Shown here: in pieces, positions 25,997 through 39,013 of the stretch
How the letters are laid out: each line of letters opens with the position of its first letter
Numbering within the stretch: the stretch's first letter is position 1
Source: Vicugna vicugna
Taxonomy: Eukaryota
NCBI GenBank assembly: GCA_013265495.1
Contig: MU057880.1
Location: forward strand, 898,527-962,526
Length of the DNA: 64,000 nt
Direction of reading: 5' to 3'
Position numbers and translations under genes: made by a program
Notes under the pieces: model-generated
What the model was told of the DNA's origin: nothing
What the model saw: the letters and a program-made list of their open reading frames with translations, nothing else
Database searches by the model: none

Positions 25997-27892
25997 GCTG
26001 GGGTCTTTGAAATGACCTGTAAGACCCTCCCTCCGTGTCCTGCTCCAGCCAAACGTCTCTGCCATCTCCTCACCATGTCCTACCCACTCCAGTCCCCTCT
26101 CTGCCCACACTGGCCCTCCTCCTGTTGTGCCACAAGCCTTGTCCTCTCTCCAGGCCCCTTAGCATTTGGTGCTATGCCTGTGATGTTCTCACCCTTCCCA
26201 CCAAATCAGACTGCTCCCTCCCTCACCACCTTCAGGCTCTGCCTTTCCGTCAAGTCCTTTCCTCACTTCCCTCTATAGAATTACAGTCCCTAGACGTAGG
26301 ACTGACAGGTCCAAGAGCATCAGCATTTGTGTTGTAATAAATATGAAAATAAGACCCAGTTACTTTCACTCATCACATAGGCACTTACACGATTCCCTTG
26401 TAGCCTGGCCAAATCAAACTTAACAACATTTGAATTTTTGACAGTCATGGTGTACTTTAACATGCATTTCTTTTCTTGTGTAAGAGTTTGAGCATCAGTT
26501 TAAGAGCCACTTGTATTTCCATTTCCGAAAACTCTTAAGCTCATATTTTCTGTCCACTTTTCTAAGGATGTTGGGTTTTTTTCTCATTTATTTGTCGATG
26601 CTCTTTGTCCACAATAGAAATGAGTACTTGGACTTTGATATGAATTGGAATAAAAATTTTCCCAGTTTGTCATTGGTCTTTGACCTTATTTGTGGTGGGT
26701 TTTCCTATGCCGAATTTTTTAAAAATTGGAAGTCTATTTCATTTGTATTTTCTTTTAGGGGTTCTGAGTTTTGTATCACACCATAACATCCTCTCTCATC
26801 TGAGATAATGTTTTTATCACAATTTTTTTTCTTTTACACTTAAATCTTATATCCATCTGTAATTCATTTTGGCGCAGGAGGTGAGATATATGTCCAACTT
26901 TTTTGTTTTTTCAGATGGCACTCTGTTGGTCCCCACCCTGTTTTTTGGATTTGCCATGTCTTCTCCATTGACGTGAAATGGAGAAGGGGAAAGAAATGGG
27001 GAAATCAGGAGATTCTGGGGCAGACTTTCATGTGGACTGAGGACTGAGGCAGCAGTGTTTTCTCTTTGTGGAATCTCTCCTGGCAGGCAGAGACCTCACA
27101 CATGCCACGAAGAGCTGCGAACAAGTCAAACCTGAAACAGGCAGAAAGCCCACCCCAGTACAGGCACATGCAATGTCTCCAAAATGCAGCGTGGAGCGCT
27201 GGAGCACATGATTCTCACACAGTCAGCTCCTCCATCCCACGCACAGTCTCTCCAATGGTGTCCGAAGGTGGCAGGGAACAGTCATGTGCGTTTGGGTTGT
27301 TTGTTTTGCAGACTTATCCCATCAGACTGCGAGGAAGACCTGCACTTGACTTTGACAAACCACAGTGAACTGTGGGGAGGGAAGGTGCTGGGAATCCTCG
27401 TGCTGCCTTTTAGATTTCCAGCATGTTCTCGTGATACCAGCATTCGAGACCTAATGAGGTTTCATTTCAATTAAGTTCATCCCTCAATGCTCAACTAGCT
27501 GTGAAACCAGGACACTGGGTGTGGATTAGGAGAGCTGACATTCTGGGGGATGAGATGAAATTTTTCAGCATTGGTGACGTCATAAGACACCATTAAATTG
27601 GTCTACTGGCATCTGTCTACAAGGATGCTTTTTAAACTAGGACACATGTCCATTGTTCAGTGATAATTATATTAATAATGCTGACACTAAGATGCTGCAA
27701 AATCCTGCTGTAGCTTTGGAATTAAGTTCTGAGTCATCAAAAATAATTATGAGAAATGTCATTAGTTTCAAGGCTATTTGGCTGTGTTCCTTAATGGAAA
27801 TACTGTATGATATAATGGTTAGGAGTTTTGTTCAAGACGCAGATGAGAGTGAGTTTAATATTGATTCTTCAAACATTTTATCTGAGTAACTT

Positions 27893-28031
27893 TTTGTTTT
27901 CTTTTCTTTTTTTGTATTTTTTGGGGGGATCATTAAGTTTATTTATTTATTAAATATAGGTACCAGGGATTGAACCCAGGACTTTGTGTGTGCTAAATAC
28001 GTGCTCTACCACTGAGCTATACCCACCCCCA
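27893..28031 (-). mobile_element. Vic-1-like SINE
   Basis: TSD atct(g/a)agtaactt flanks the copy. Confidence 0.85.
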
Positions 28032-28414
28032 ATCTAAGTAACTTGGAGCAAGTAACCCAACTTCTGTAAACCTTGATTTCCTCATATATAAAACAGGACT
28101 TACTGTTATGGGAATTAACAAGAAAACCCATCTAAAGCACAAGTAAGGTGCTTTCTTCCTATCTGACTGGCAAAGATCAAAAAGCTTAATAATACGTTTG
28201 GTGCTGAGGGTCTGGTGGAGACAGAAACTCTCCTACGCTGCTCGGTGCGGGGTGTCAGTGGATATAACCACCACAGAAAGCAGCCTGGCAATACCTGTCA
28301 AATGCATGCACGTACCTCTGACCAGCAATTCCTCTGGCTGGAATTTATGGAACAGATGTACTTAGAAATGAACAAACTGATAACTGTATGCAGATATTCC
28401 TTTTGTGGCAGTGA

Positions 28415-28498
28415 TTAGGTTTAATTAATGAATGAATGGAGATAGTGGGGATTGAACCCAGGACCTCGTGCATGATGAGCTACACTTACTCCCCCTTC
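28415..28498 (-). mobile_element. Vic-1-like SINE, internally deleted
   Basis: GGGATTGAACCCAGGACCTCGTGCATG...TGAGCTACA. Confidence 0.7.
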
Positions 28499-29654
28499 CT
28501 GATATTTCTTGCAGGACTGTTATAGTAAGAGTAGAGTGGGGAAAAAACCCTAAATTTCCATCTAGAAGGGGTTGTCCTGATGGACACATGCAATCAAATA
28601 CCACGCTGTAATAAAAAACAAGGAAATATTTATGTTATTGAATGGGATACCAAGAGACAATGCTAATCAGCAGGAGCAAAGTTGGAACACTGTATCAAAA
28701 CAGGGAATGGAAAGTATGTAATATATACTTATAACGTGTAATATATTATATAAATACATATCTAGATATATTTGTTGGTGTAATCACAGAAATGTTCAAG
28801 AGAAACACTCAAGAAAATGGTAGCCCTGTAAGGCTCGAATTTCCTGGTATAAATTTTCTAAGAATTTCCTGAGTGGCCAGAAAATTTTCTGCTATATATT
28901 CTTTTCATCTTTTGATTATACGCTGTGAATGTGTATCTTATTTTTTAACAATAAATCAATATAAAGTATATAAAACCCTCATGCTATGTAAGCATGCAAC
29001 ATGTATTAGTGCTTATTTAAAATTTCAGCTTAATGGTAACTGATTATCTTCCACTAAAATAAAGATACCCAGAGAATTTTAAAAATCCGCTGTTTAAAAT
29101 TTTAAACACTACAAATTTTATAATACAGGACTAATTTTAAATAATTTATAATACATAAATGATTTTATAATACATATATAATTTTAAACAATACAATTTG
29201 TCTTCTTATAAATTGTAAAGGCATTTTGTTTAACTCATGAGGTCCCACCATCTGGGTCTGTAATCATTCACACTTCTCAGAAAGGTATTAGAGTATCTGC
29301 TAATTTAAAAAAATCTACTTCTGCAAAGAACGTGACTAGAAGGAATAGTTTTCCAGATACAAATGAAAATTTCTTAGGTGTTAGTCTTGAGCAATTGAGA
29401 GCTTTATGGAGATAACAGGTATCACTTAAGCTTCTCTCAAACATTATTAGATTTTGAAGAAGGATTGGAAATACTGAACATATTCTAGAATTTTTATTTA
29501 TGGTCGAATTTTGCTTATAGTTCTGAGTTTTGAGCAAATTGGGCTGAATTGTGAATAAATGGAGAATTCTTCTTCTACTTGGCTTTCATGTGTTTAGACC
29601 ATCAGGCTACACTAGCTTTTTCCTCAATAACTGTGCATTTTGGTTTCTCACTTT

Positions 29655-31365
29655 TATTAGATGTGTCAGTTTCTGGTGTGCAGCACAATGTCCCAGTCAT
29701 GCATATACATACATATATTTGTTTTCATATTCTTTCTCATTAAAGGTTATTGCAAGATATTGAACATACTTCCCTGTGCTATACAGAGGAAACTTTTTTT
29801 AAAATCTATTTTTATATATAGTGGCTAACATTTGTAAATCTCAAACTCCCAAATTTACCCCTTCCCACCCACTTTCCCTGGTAACCACAATATTGTTTAC
29901 TATATCAGTGAGTCTGTTTCTGTTTTGTAGATGAGTTCATTGTGTCCTTTTTTCTTGTCTTTCTTTTTTTTTTTAAGATTGCACATATGAATGATATCAT
30001 ACGGTATTTTTCTTTCTCTTTCTGGCTTACATCACTTAGAATGACGATCTCTAAGTCCATCCATATTGCTGCAAATTATTTTATTCTTTTTTATGGCTGA
30101 GTAGTATTCCATTGTATATATATATATACCACTGCTTCTTTATCCAGTCATCTGTTGATGGACCTTTAGGTTGTTTCCATGTCTTGGCTATTATAAATAA
30201 TACTGCTATGAATGTTGGGGTGCGTGTGTCTTTTCAAATTAGAGTTCCTTCTGGATATATAACCAGGGGTGGGATTACTGGGTAATACGGTAAGTCCATT
30301 TTTAGTTTTTTGAGGACTCTCCAAAGTATTTTCCATAATGGCTGCATCAAACTATATTCCCACCAACAGTGTAGGAGGTTTCTATTTTCCCCACACCCTT
30401 TCCAGCATTTATCATTCATGGACTTATGAATGATGGCCATTCTGACTGGTGTGAGGTGATACTTCATTGTAGTTTTGATTTGCATTTCTCTGATAATCAG
30501 CGATATTGAGCATTTTTTTCACATCTATTGGCCATTTGTATGTCTTCATTGGAGACTGTGTAGGTCTTCTGCTCATTTTTGGAGTGGGTTGTTTGTTTGT
30601 TTGTTTGTTTGTTTTGTTATTAAGTTGCATGAGCTGTTTATATATTCTGGAAATTAAGCCTTTGTCAGTATCATCATTTGCAAATATTTTCTCCCATCCC
30701 GTAGGTTGTTGTTTTGTTTTGCTTATGGTTTCCTTTGCTGTGCAAAAGCTTGTAAGTTTAATTAGGTCCCACTTGTTTATTTTTGCTCTCATTCCTGTTT
30801 CCTGGGAAGATTGCCCTAAGAGAATATTGCTAAGATTTATGTCAGAGAATGTTTTGCCTATGTTTTCTTCTAAGAGGTTTATTGTATCTTGTCTTATATT
30901 TAAGTCTTTAAGCCATTTTGAGTTTATTTTCATGTACAGTGTGAGGGAGTGTTCTAACTTCATTGATTTACATGCTGCTCTCCAGTTTTCCCAACACTAC
31001 TTGCTAAACAGACTTTCTTTTCTCCATTGTATATTCTTGCCTTCTTTGTCGAAGATTAATTGATCATAGGTCTCTGGGTTTATTTCTGGGCTCCTTTTCT
31101 ATTGCATTAATCCATATGTGTGTTTCTGTCCCAATACCACGCTGTGTTGGCTACTGTAGCTCTGTAGTACTGTCTGAAGTCTGGGAGGGTTATTCCTCCA
31201 GCTTCTTTCTTTTTCTTCAGTAATGCTTTGGCAATTCTGGGTCTTTTGCGATTCCATATAAATTTTAGGATTATTTGTTCTAATTCTGTGAAAAATGTCT
31301 TTGGTAATCTGATCGGGATCACATTAAATGTATAGATTGCCTTGGGCAATGTGACCATCTTAACA
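29655..31365 (-). mobile_element. 5'-truncated LINE-1, about 1.7 kb (ORF2 C-terminal region, frameshifted)
   Basis: Fragmented ORF2 peptides: [44 protein letters not shown]...[38 protein letters not shown]. Confidence 0.93.
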
Positions 31366-34300
31366 CAATATTCAAACCTTCCAGGTTGTCAGGTTCTATC
31401 TTTCTAGTACATAGTGAGTTGGCTTTGGAATCACATGAGGCAACTTTCTTAACCTCACTAGCACTTATTTATCTGATAAATAAAATAGGATGTTAAGATC
31501 ACCAATGACACAATTATTTTGAGGATTAAATAACATTAAGTATGTAAAACACTGGCCGGGGAGGGATAAATTAGGAGTTTGGGGTTAGCAGACACACACT
31601 ACTGTATATAAAATAGATTTAAAAAAAAGGCGCTACTGTGTAGCACAGGAAACTATATTCAATACCTTGAATAGCCTATAATGAAAAAGAATATATATAT
31701 GTAACTGAATCACTGTGCTGTACACCAGAAAGTAACACAGCATTGGAAATCAACTATTCTTCAATTTAAGAAAGTCATTTTTAAAAGTATGTAAAGCCCT
31801 TTGCACAGAAGCTGGCACACAGCAATGGGCAGTAGGTGCTCTTTATGATTATTTTTGTTTGTGATAGTCAAAAAATCCATTTTGAGGAAGTCCTTTTGGA
31901 ATAATGTGAATTTTTTTCCTTTGGAGAAAAGGAATACTAAGGACTTGAATAGTGGTCTTATTGGTTCAAATCAGTGTATCACTGATTTTGGTTCAGCAGG
32001 TAAATATAAATTTTGCAACTGAAAACAGTTAAGTTAATCTTATGGCTCCTCAGAAAAGGAACAGACATAAACCCTCCTCACTGGGGTTACTGTGAACTGA
32101 TATCAACATCTGTTTTTTGTCATATCGCGTCCCGCTCCTGGGAGAAGAATCTTGTCCTCCTGGGAGTCCCCAGGGAGAGCCCTCCACACCATTTCTGTCT
32201 GTGGGATGATTTCTGCTGGTGGCAGAGACTTCGCAGTGCCCTGGTGGCATCTGCTGTCTTCTGTTGGCTTAGTGTTCCAGCTCAGAACACCTACAGTCAG
32301 CAGCCTTGGAGAGTCACCCATTTAGCAGGCAGGGCCTGAGAGCACCTCTTCCATTCTGTCTGTGGTCACTGATCTTGTAGTGGAAGCAGCATTTCTCTAT
32401 GATTCAGAGTGGGGGGCCTTAGTTAGGGCTGTCTCCCACTCACTGACACCAAGTGATCCCTTTGGGAGTAGAATAACGTTGTCTCCTTAAGGACTTCTAT
32501 GTTGGCCCCCCTCGGATTTCCAATTTTGCGATCAGAGTCTAACTGTGTTAAACATAGGATCCTGAATCTTTCTCCCCAAATTCTGGTGTCCTTCCTGATT
32601 TCTTACCTTTGACAAGGCACTTGGGTTTTCCTTCAGAATTCTCTGGGTCCTAGTGAGGATCTCAGTCATCCACAGCCTGTGCCCATGTGTGGGTGTCAGC
32701 TCAGGTGTGGATGAAACGCAAGTTCATTTTTCTGTAACTCATCTTCAGTTCGATTTTGAATGGCCTATTCCAAAGGATTGGTAATACCATACTCTTTGCC
32801 AATTTCTGGTATCACACCTTTTCCCAGCTGGGGTGGACCTAAATCTGAGAATGTCTACTTTTTGGTGGCAAGTTGGGAGCCTCTGGTTCCTAATGTCATC
32901 TCTGTATGTAGGCATCCAGTGAGGAACCTGACATCCTAACTCAGTCATCAAGCTCCACTGAGTTCAGAGACCCCTTCTGCAAGCTCCTATTTAAGTGTGG
33001 AGGCCGCCTGTCTTTCCTCTTCCACGGCACACTTGGATGTACAGGGATACTGTTTTGCTCTCACTCCAAGTCCGGGCATAGGAAATCTCTGGGAGACTGT
33101 CTCCCCAACCCTGGACCTACCTACTCCCACCACGAGTCCATATTCTCTCTCTAGGGCCCGCTGCCCGCCCGGGCTGTACTCAGGAGTCTGGGCACTTTCC
33201 TTCTGTTCTCAGAGCTCACCAGCAGCTCCACGGAGGTTTGCTTGTCTGCATGCATGTGACCGGGGAACACGGTTCGGACTCCCCATTTCTGCGACAGTGG
33301 AAGTCGATCCACCTTCTTCTCCTCCTCTCCTATCTCCACCACCCACAACCTCTTCACTCCCGACATAGCAGATGGGTTTGTTTGCTTGAGTTCTAATGTC
33401 TCCTGCAAGTAGAAAGCCGTCCTCTTACAAAAGATGTTTTATTCAAATCTCTTGCTATTATTTGCCAGGCGTCTTTTTGGTTCCTGCAGAGCCAAGCCTT
33501 TGGCGACCGCAAAGCCAGGCAGGAAGGACTTTTTCTTTTTACTCTTTCTTTGTTGTCACATTGTTTCCTTAAAGCAACTAGCACTGAATCCCTAGCTGCT
33601 TGTTTGGGGTCCAGCGAAGCACAGAAACACTGAGAGGAGAATGCTGGTTGGCGGACGTATCTGTTAATATTATCCTGCCACATTTAGTAGGAAGAGATGG
33701 AAACAATAATCATAGGGCTCTTAGAGCAAATTCTCCCTCCATCCAGATGAAATTGTGTTCTTAGCCTTAAGAAATAGTGCATAGTTCTGGCTCTGTTCCT
33801 GGCTACACAGAGGCTTCAGAACTCAGAACTTCAGAACTCAGAAGCCCTGTCTTAAGTAAGCAGAGTGACAATGAGACAGTTTGTCATCTATGAGGATTTA
33901 CCTTCGCACTAGAGTTTGGTTCTGGAGAGGTTTCCAAAGGTATGATTCTGTTATATGGTTGGTTCTAGGAAGATGACAGTTTATATAAAGCTGTGACTTT
34001 CCTGTGAAAAGTCTAGATAGGTGAGAGTAACACATGGATTAGTCTTTTACACCCAGGAAACTGTGTAACAGAGATAATCATGTTATACTTTCTGAGAATT
34101 CAGAGGTGTCCTCCAAGTACCTCTGCAGTCTTAACTATCATTTTGAAATATGTTGGTATTAGTACATATTATAATAAACTATTACTATTTATGGTTAATA
34201 ATAATTTCTTGCACTTTGAGAACTGTGTGTCAGATACTAAAAATACCTAATCATGTAGTCCCCATAAAAACCTTAAAAGATATATATTATTATCTTAACT

Positions 34301-35099
34301 TACAGATGAGGGAACTGAGGACAGAGAGACAAAGTAACTTGCCCAAAGTCCCAAGTACCTATAAGACCGAATTTGAACCCCAAAAGTATGATGGCCAAGA
34401 AAAGTGTAGCTACGCTGCCTAGTTAACCATGCTATTCATCATGATAAAAACAGTTAAGAAGTTACGGTGTCTAAGTGACCATTCTTGGAATAAGCTAAAA
34501 GGTGAGTTTAAGCTAGAAGATCAGAATAAAAATTTAATTTTTACTTATCACTTGATATTTGTGAGACAAAGTCTAAGTGACCAGTTTGCAGCCTGGAAAT
34601 GAGACTGGAGTAAGTAAGAGAACAATTTTCTTCTTTTTATTGAAGTATAGTTGGTTTACAAGGTAGTGTTAAATTTCTGATTTACAGCATAGTGATTCAA
34701 TTACGCATGAGAACAACTTATTTTGACTCTGTTACTTATCAAGGGACCCAAAGGTTCTGTGCTGAGCTGTTCTGGACCTTCAGGGAACCACAGCGGATAA
34801 ACACCATGGAACTGAAGGTCATCAACTCACAAAAAATAAACATTTTACATGAATTTCAATGTGCTGGAATTTGAAAAGATCAGCCTGTCGGGAGCTGATA
34901 CAGCAAACCTTCCAATATTGTAAGTAAAGACACATGGAAGTGAAACCTGTGGTTAAGAGTTTCTCTAAACATTCTCCTGACACTGTCAGAAGTGCTGGGG
35001 ACAGAGAAATGAAAACAAAAGAAATTCCTGTCCTCGTGGAGTTTAACGCTAATGGGAGGAGACTGATCATATCACTAAGTTAATTACAATACTGCAAAG

Positions 35100-36300
35100 C
35101 GCTAAAGAACAAACCACTCTTGTCCAGAATGAGGCTTTATCAAGGGGGCGACTGCGTCCTCGCAGAGAAGGGGAAGCGTGTGCACGAGCCTCCGAGGGGA
35201 AGTGCGCGGAGAGGACGCAGGCTCCCCGGGAACCAGCTGCCCTCGTCTGGACCCTCCTCACTCACTCCCGCTGTTGGCGGAGGATCAAACTACAACTGCA
35301 CGACGGCGGGCGAGCCGCCACCGGGCTGTGCCGGCACCTGCAAGCCGACTGGCGCCTTTACCGTCACGACGACCCTCCCAGGTGGGCACTTTTATTCCTA
35401 TTTTCCAGAAGAACGGGGTTTCGGAGACGCAGCCCCAGGCGCGAGCGGAGCTGAGGCCGGAACGGGGATGGCGCCTGGCAAGCTCTCTCACACCACGACG
35501 GCAGGAAGAGCGACGGGACGCGGGCGAAAATAATAAAAGGGACCGGGGCTGCAACGTGAAGGGGTGAGAAAGCGGGAAACCCAGGGACAGAGAAGGTAAC
35601 GCCAAGCCGTGCGCCAGCTGCTCGAGGGCTGGGGACGCAGCGGGCAGCGGCGCCGGAAGTCGGGTGGCGGCGCCGGAAGTCGGGCGGCGGCGCCGGAACT
35701 CGAGCCGCAGCTCCAGGACCCCGCGCCGGAAGCGGCTCGTCAGCGCCGCCTTTCTCTGCGGAGCGGGTTTTCCTGGGGTTCAAGCTGCCCGGCGGCCACG
35801 CGGTGGTGCGAGCCGCTCTCAAGCGCTTTTGCAGGTCACAATGTCGCACCCTTCCCCCCAGGCCAAGCCCTCCAACCCCAGTAACCCCCGCGTCTTCTTG
35901 GACGTGGACGTCGGAGGGGAGCGAGGTGAGGAGGCGGGGCGCCCCGGGAAGGGTCGGGTCCCCCGAGGCCGGGGTGCGGCTCGGGCCGGGGTCAGCCCTG
36001 AGGCGCGGGGACGGCTACCCACGCCGGATTCTGGAACACTCCAGGCGTCCGCGGCAGGCTCGAGCCTGCGCTCTTGAACCAGTGCCGCCGGGTGCGCACA
36101 AGTTTCTGGAAATTTCTGTCCGGGGATGGTGGCGGCCTTTGGGTTTGTCTCCTTATTTGCTCGTATCTCCCCGCAGCCCAGCACCGTCACATGGGCATGA
36201 AATCAGAGGACTTTGTGTTCAGGGGATGTTCGGAAAAACCCCAGGTTATGCGTCTGGTGGGCTCCCTTCACGCGCTGATTTGCCACGCGCCGTATATCTG
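35100..36300 (+). promoter_or_regulatory. PPID: PPID CpG-island promoter with tandem ETS (CCGGAAGT) sites
   Basis: CpG-rich. Three tandem 20-bp units at 35641-35700 carry CCGGAAGT, CCGGAAGT and CCGGAACT, and a further CCGGAAG lies near 35726, upstream of the ATG at 35841. Confidence 0.85.
35841..35925 (+). CDS. PPID: Peptidyl-prolyl cis-trans isomerase D (cyclophilin 40), exon 1
   Basis: MSHPSPQAKPSNPSNPRVFLDVDVGGER; donor GAG|GTGAG; 85 nt. Confidence 0.97.
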
Positions 36301-37149
36301 CATTTGCCATGTTACTTATAAACTAAAGCAACCTTTGCTTATTATTATTTTTTCTTATTAGTAATTCTTAACTGAGAGGCGCAGTCATACTGGGAGCGTT
36401 CTCAGTTTTGGCGTTGGGGAGAGTGAGAGCAGTGTGGCAGGCTGGTTGCCTAGGCTACCGCAGCGGCCCCGAAGCTCCCGAGGTCTCGTGAATCAGCGCA
36501 TTGCTTTGCCGCCGAGTGCCCCGGTTCTGCAACACGTTGTAATTGCCGGCCAGGCAGAGTGTCTGAGTGCGTGTGCAGACGGACACACCCGGATTCAGGG
36601 ACCCGGGGGTGGTTATGGACACACACACGCACACAGACTTATGTGTACATTTAGTTCGTTTTGAAATTTAATGCTGAGTTTATTTCTAGCTGCTTTAGGA
36701 GTTAGTCTAGCTAGAAGGGAAACTTTTTCAGCTTTTGCTTCAGGGACAGCACTAGGCAGATTCCACAGAGCACAGAGGCTATAGTTATACCTGAAACTTG
36801 GCCAGCCTGACCACCCAAAGGATATTCATTTTCTCCTGTTGGTTACTTCGTGATTGTAAGTTGTGAGCACATGTCGGAGAAATTACTCAAAGCCATTTGT
36901 AGTTAAGCGGTGTCCTTATATGGGGTTAATCTTATGGGTACTGTACTTACGATCCTTTGTAGTAAGATAATTGCTACAATTCATCTAGATAGGTGGTGCT
37001 TAATGTGAGGCAAACCAAATTTGAATACTAGAAAAATGACCAAAAAAGAGAACTTGATATTTCTGTCACCATAATTTTACCAACTCTCCTTTTATCATTT
37101 GCCTATTTGGTTGTTTTGTATACTAATGCAATTTCATTTTTTTTTTCAG

Positions 37150-37290
37150 TTGGTCGAATTGTCTTAGAATTGTTTGCAGATATTGTACCCAAAACTGCAG
37201 AAAATTTTCGTGCGTTGTGTACAGGAGAAAAAGGCATTGGCCCCACCACTGGGAAACCTCTGCATTTCAAAGGATGCCCTTTCCATCGAA
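37150..37290 (+). CDS. PPID: PPID exon 2
   Basis: [62 protein letters not shown]; 141 nt; cyclophilin domain with the divergent loop. Confidence 0.97.
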
Positions 37291-37972
37291 GTATGTGTAC
37301 ATTTTCTGAATCTGATTCTTCCAGCGATAAATGAATCCTGTTCTGTAGGAGTTACAGAAGAAAACACTGAGTAGGGGGTGAGAGTTAAAAAATGACTGTT
37401 AGTTTCCAAGAGGATGCTCTGACATCTGAGACCGTAGCTCAGTTTCATAAAGGCTGGGCTGTGAGAGGTGGAATTACCGAGGGGAGGGTGCTTAGGTGTA
37501 TTTATAGAGAGATGGACTGCTCTCGCTTCACCAGGGTGTGGCTGTGATAAACAGAGCTTGGATAGCTTGACTGCCTGGGGTCAAAAGGTTATGGCTACTT
37601 CTTGAGCAGGATCGCTTGGGAAGACAGCAGCTGATTTAAGATTGGACATCTGGTGTGATTAAAAGGTGATCTTTCACACTGCTCTTCACACTGTGCCATC
37701 CTGCCTTTGGTGATAATTTGATGGCTCCCGCAACAGACTGTAGGCTCCATGAGTTCAGGAACTGTATCTTCTCACAGTTTTGTCCTCAGCATGGAGTATA
37801 GTTGCTGAGTAGGTGCTCAATGAGTATTTAATGAATAAACAAATAAATTAAAATACATGTTTATATATATATGAGTAGTTAATTTAAAAAAACTTGATTA
37901 AGAAAAAATAACATTGATTTTAAAATATTTAAACTGTTGATTTACTTTAGTGTTTAATAAAATATCAAAATA

Positions 37973-38182
37973 TAGGCATACCACAGAAATCCTGCAGGTT
38001 TGGTTCCAGACCACCGCAGTAAAGTGAATATTGCCGTAAAGGAGTCACACAAATTTTTAGTTTCCCAGTGTGTACAAAAAATTACGTTTACACTGTCCTT
38101 TAGTCAGTTGTGTGCAACAGCATTATGTCTTAAAAAATGTATGCACCTTAATTTAAAAATACTTTATTGCTAAGAAATGCTA
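37973..38182 (-). mobile_element. Tigger1-family DNA transposon fragment (PPID intron 2)
   Basis: Starts with the TIR-like aggcatacc...ggtttggttccagaccaccgca...caacagcattatgtct...tactttattgctaa. Confidence 0.8.
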
Positions 38183-38906
38183 AGTCTCTAAAGGGCTTTC
38201 TGGGCAGAAACATTGTACATTGTACATGGTGCATTTTCTGTGCTGGGGGAAGAATGTGCCCTGTGACCTTTTGGGGCCGGGGGAGCATAAGGGAACTCAG
38301 GAACTCCTCCAGGCTCTGCCTGTATCTTCCCTTTACCATCCAGCCGTGTCTCTTCACTGCCTTGCTAAAGCACTGACAGTTCCTGAGACCCGGGAGTCCT
38401 AGGCAATCTCTGAACGTGGTGGTGGCGGCAGTGTTCTTGGGAGCCTTTGGTCTAAGCACTTCCATCGCAGTGTAACATCTCCAGGGGGTGGTGGGCTTGT
38501 TCAGGAGGCATCATTGAGTAACCAGCGTGTGCCCAGCCACACATGTGGTTACTTAAGGAGCTAATCATTTGCTGAAAGAGACAGATCGCTCTGATGCGTA
38601 TTATGAAATGGAGGTAGAATCAAGAAATTAGGAGATCTGATTTTGGGGTCTCTGACAGTTTCATAGGGGAGGTGCCGTATGAACTCACACTGTGAGTGTT
38701 AGGGGCATCAGGCAGTAACTGGTTGGAACTCACTGGGAGAAGCGTTTTGAGAGTTTGGAGCTGTTGGGACGGGTGGGGAGAGACAGGGGAGTGACAAGAC
38801 TAGAGACACGTTTTAGGAAGCCTTCATCATTGTTACATACTTGTTATTCAACGTTGCTGAGGTCATTCATTTTGTAGTTTCTAATAGCTGTTTTCCTCTT
38901 TTGTAG

Positions 38907-39013
38907 TTATTAAGAAATTTATGATTCAGGGTGGCGACTTCTCAAATCAGAATGGGACAGGTGGAGAAAGTATTTATGGTGAAAAATTTGAAGATGAAAA
39001 TTTCCATTATAAG
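38907..39013 (+). CDS. PPID: PPID exon 3
   Basis: [48 protein letters not shown]; 107 nt. Confidence 0.97.

Noticed and set aside
30234..31358. ORFs of 83-185 aa as host genes
   Set aside because: Broken L1 ORF2 fragments or their antisense frames.
31980..33700. Possible ERV internal sequence or unannotated exons upstream of PPID
   Set aside because: No recognisable gag/pol/env motifs, LTR termini or consistent splice pattern. Needs RepeatMasker.
35641..35700. Short direct repeats as a CRISPR-like array
   Set aside because: Eukaryotic promoter tandem repeat with no unique spacers.
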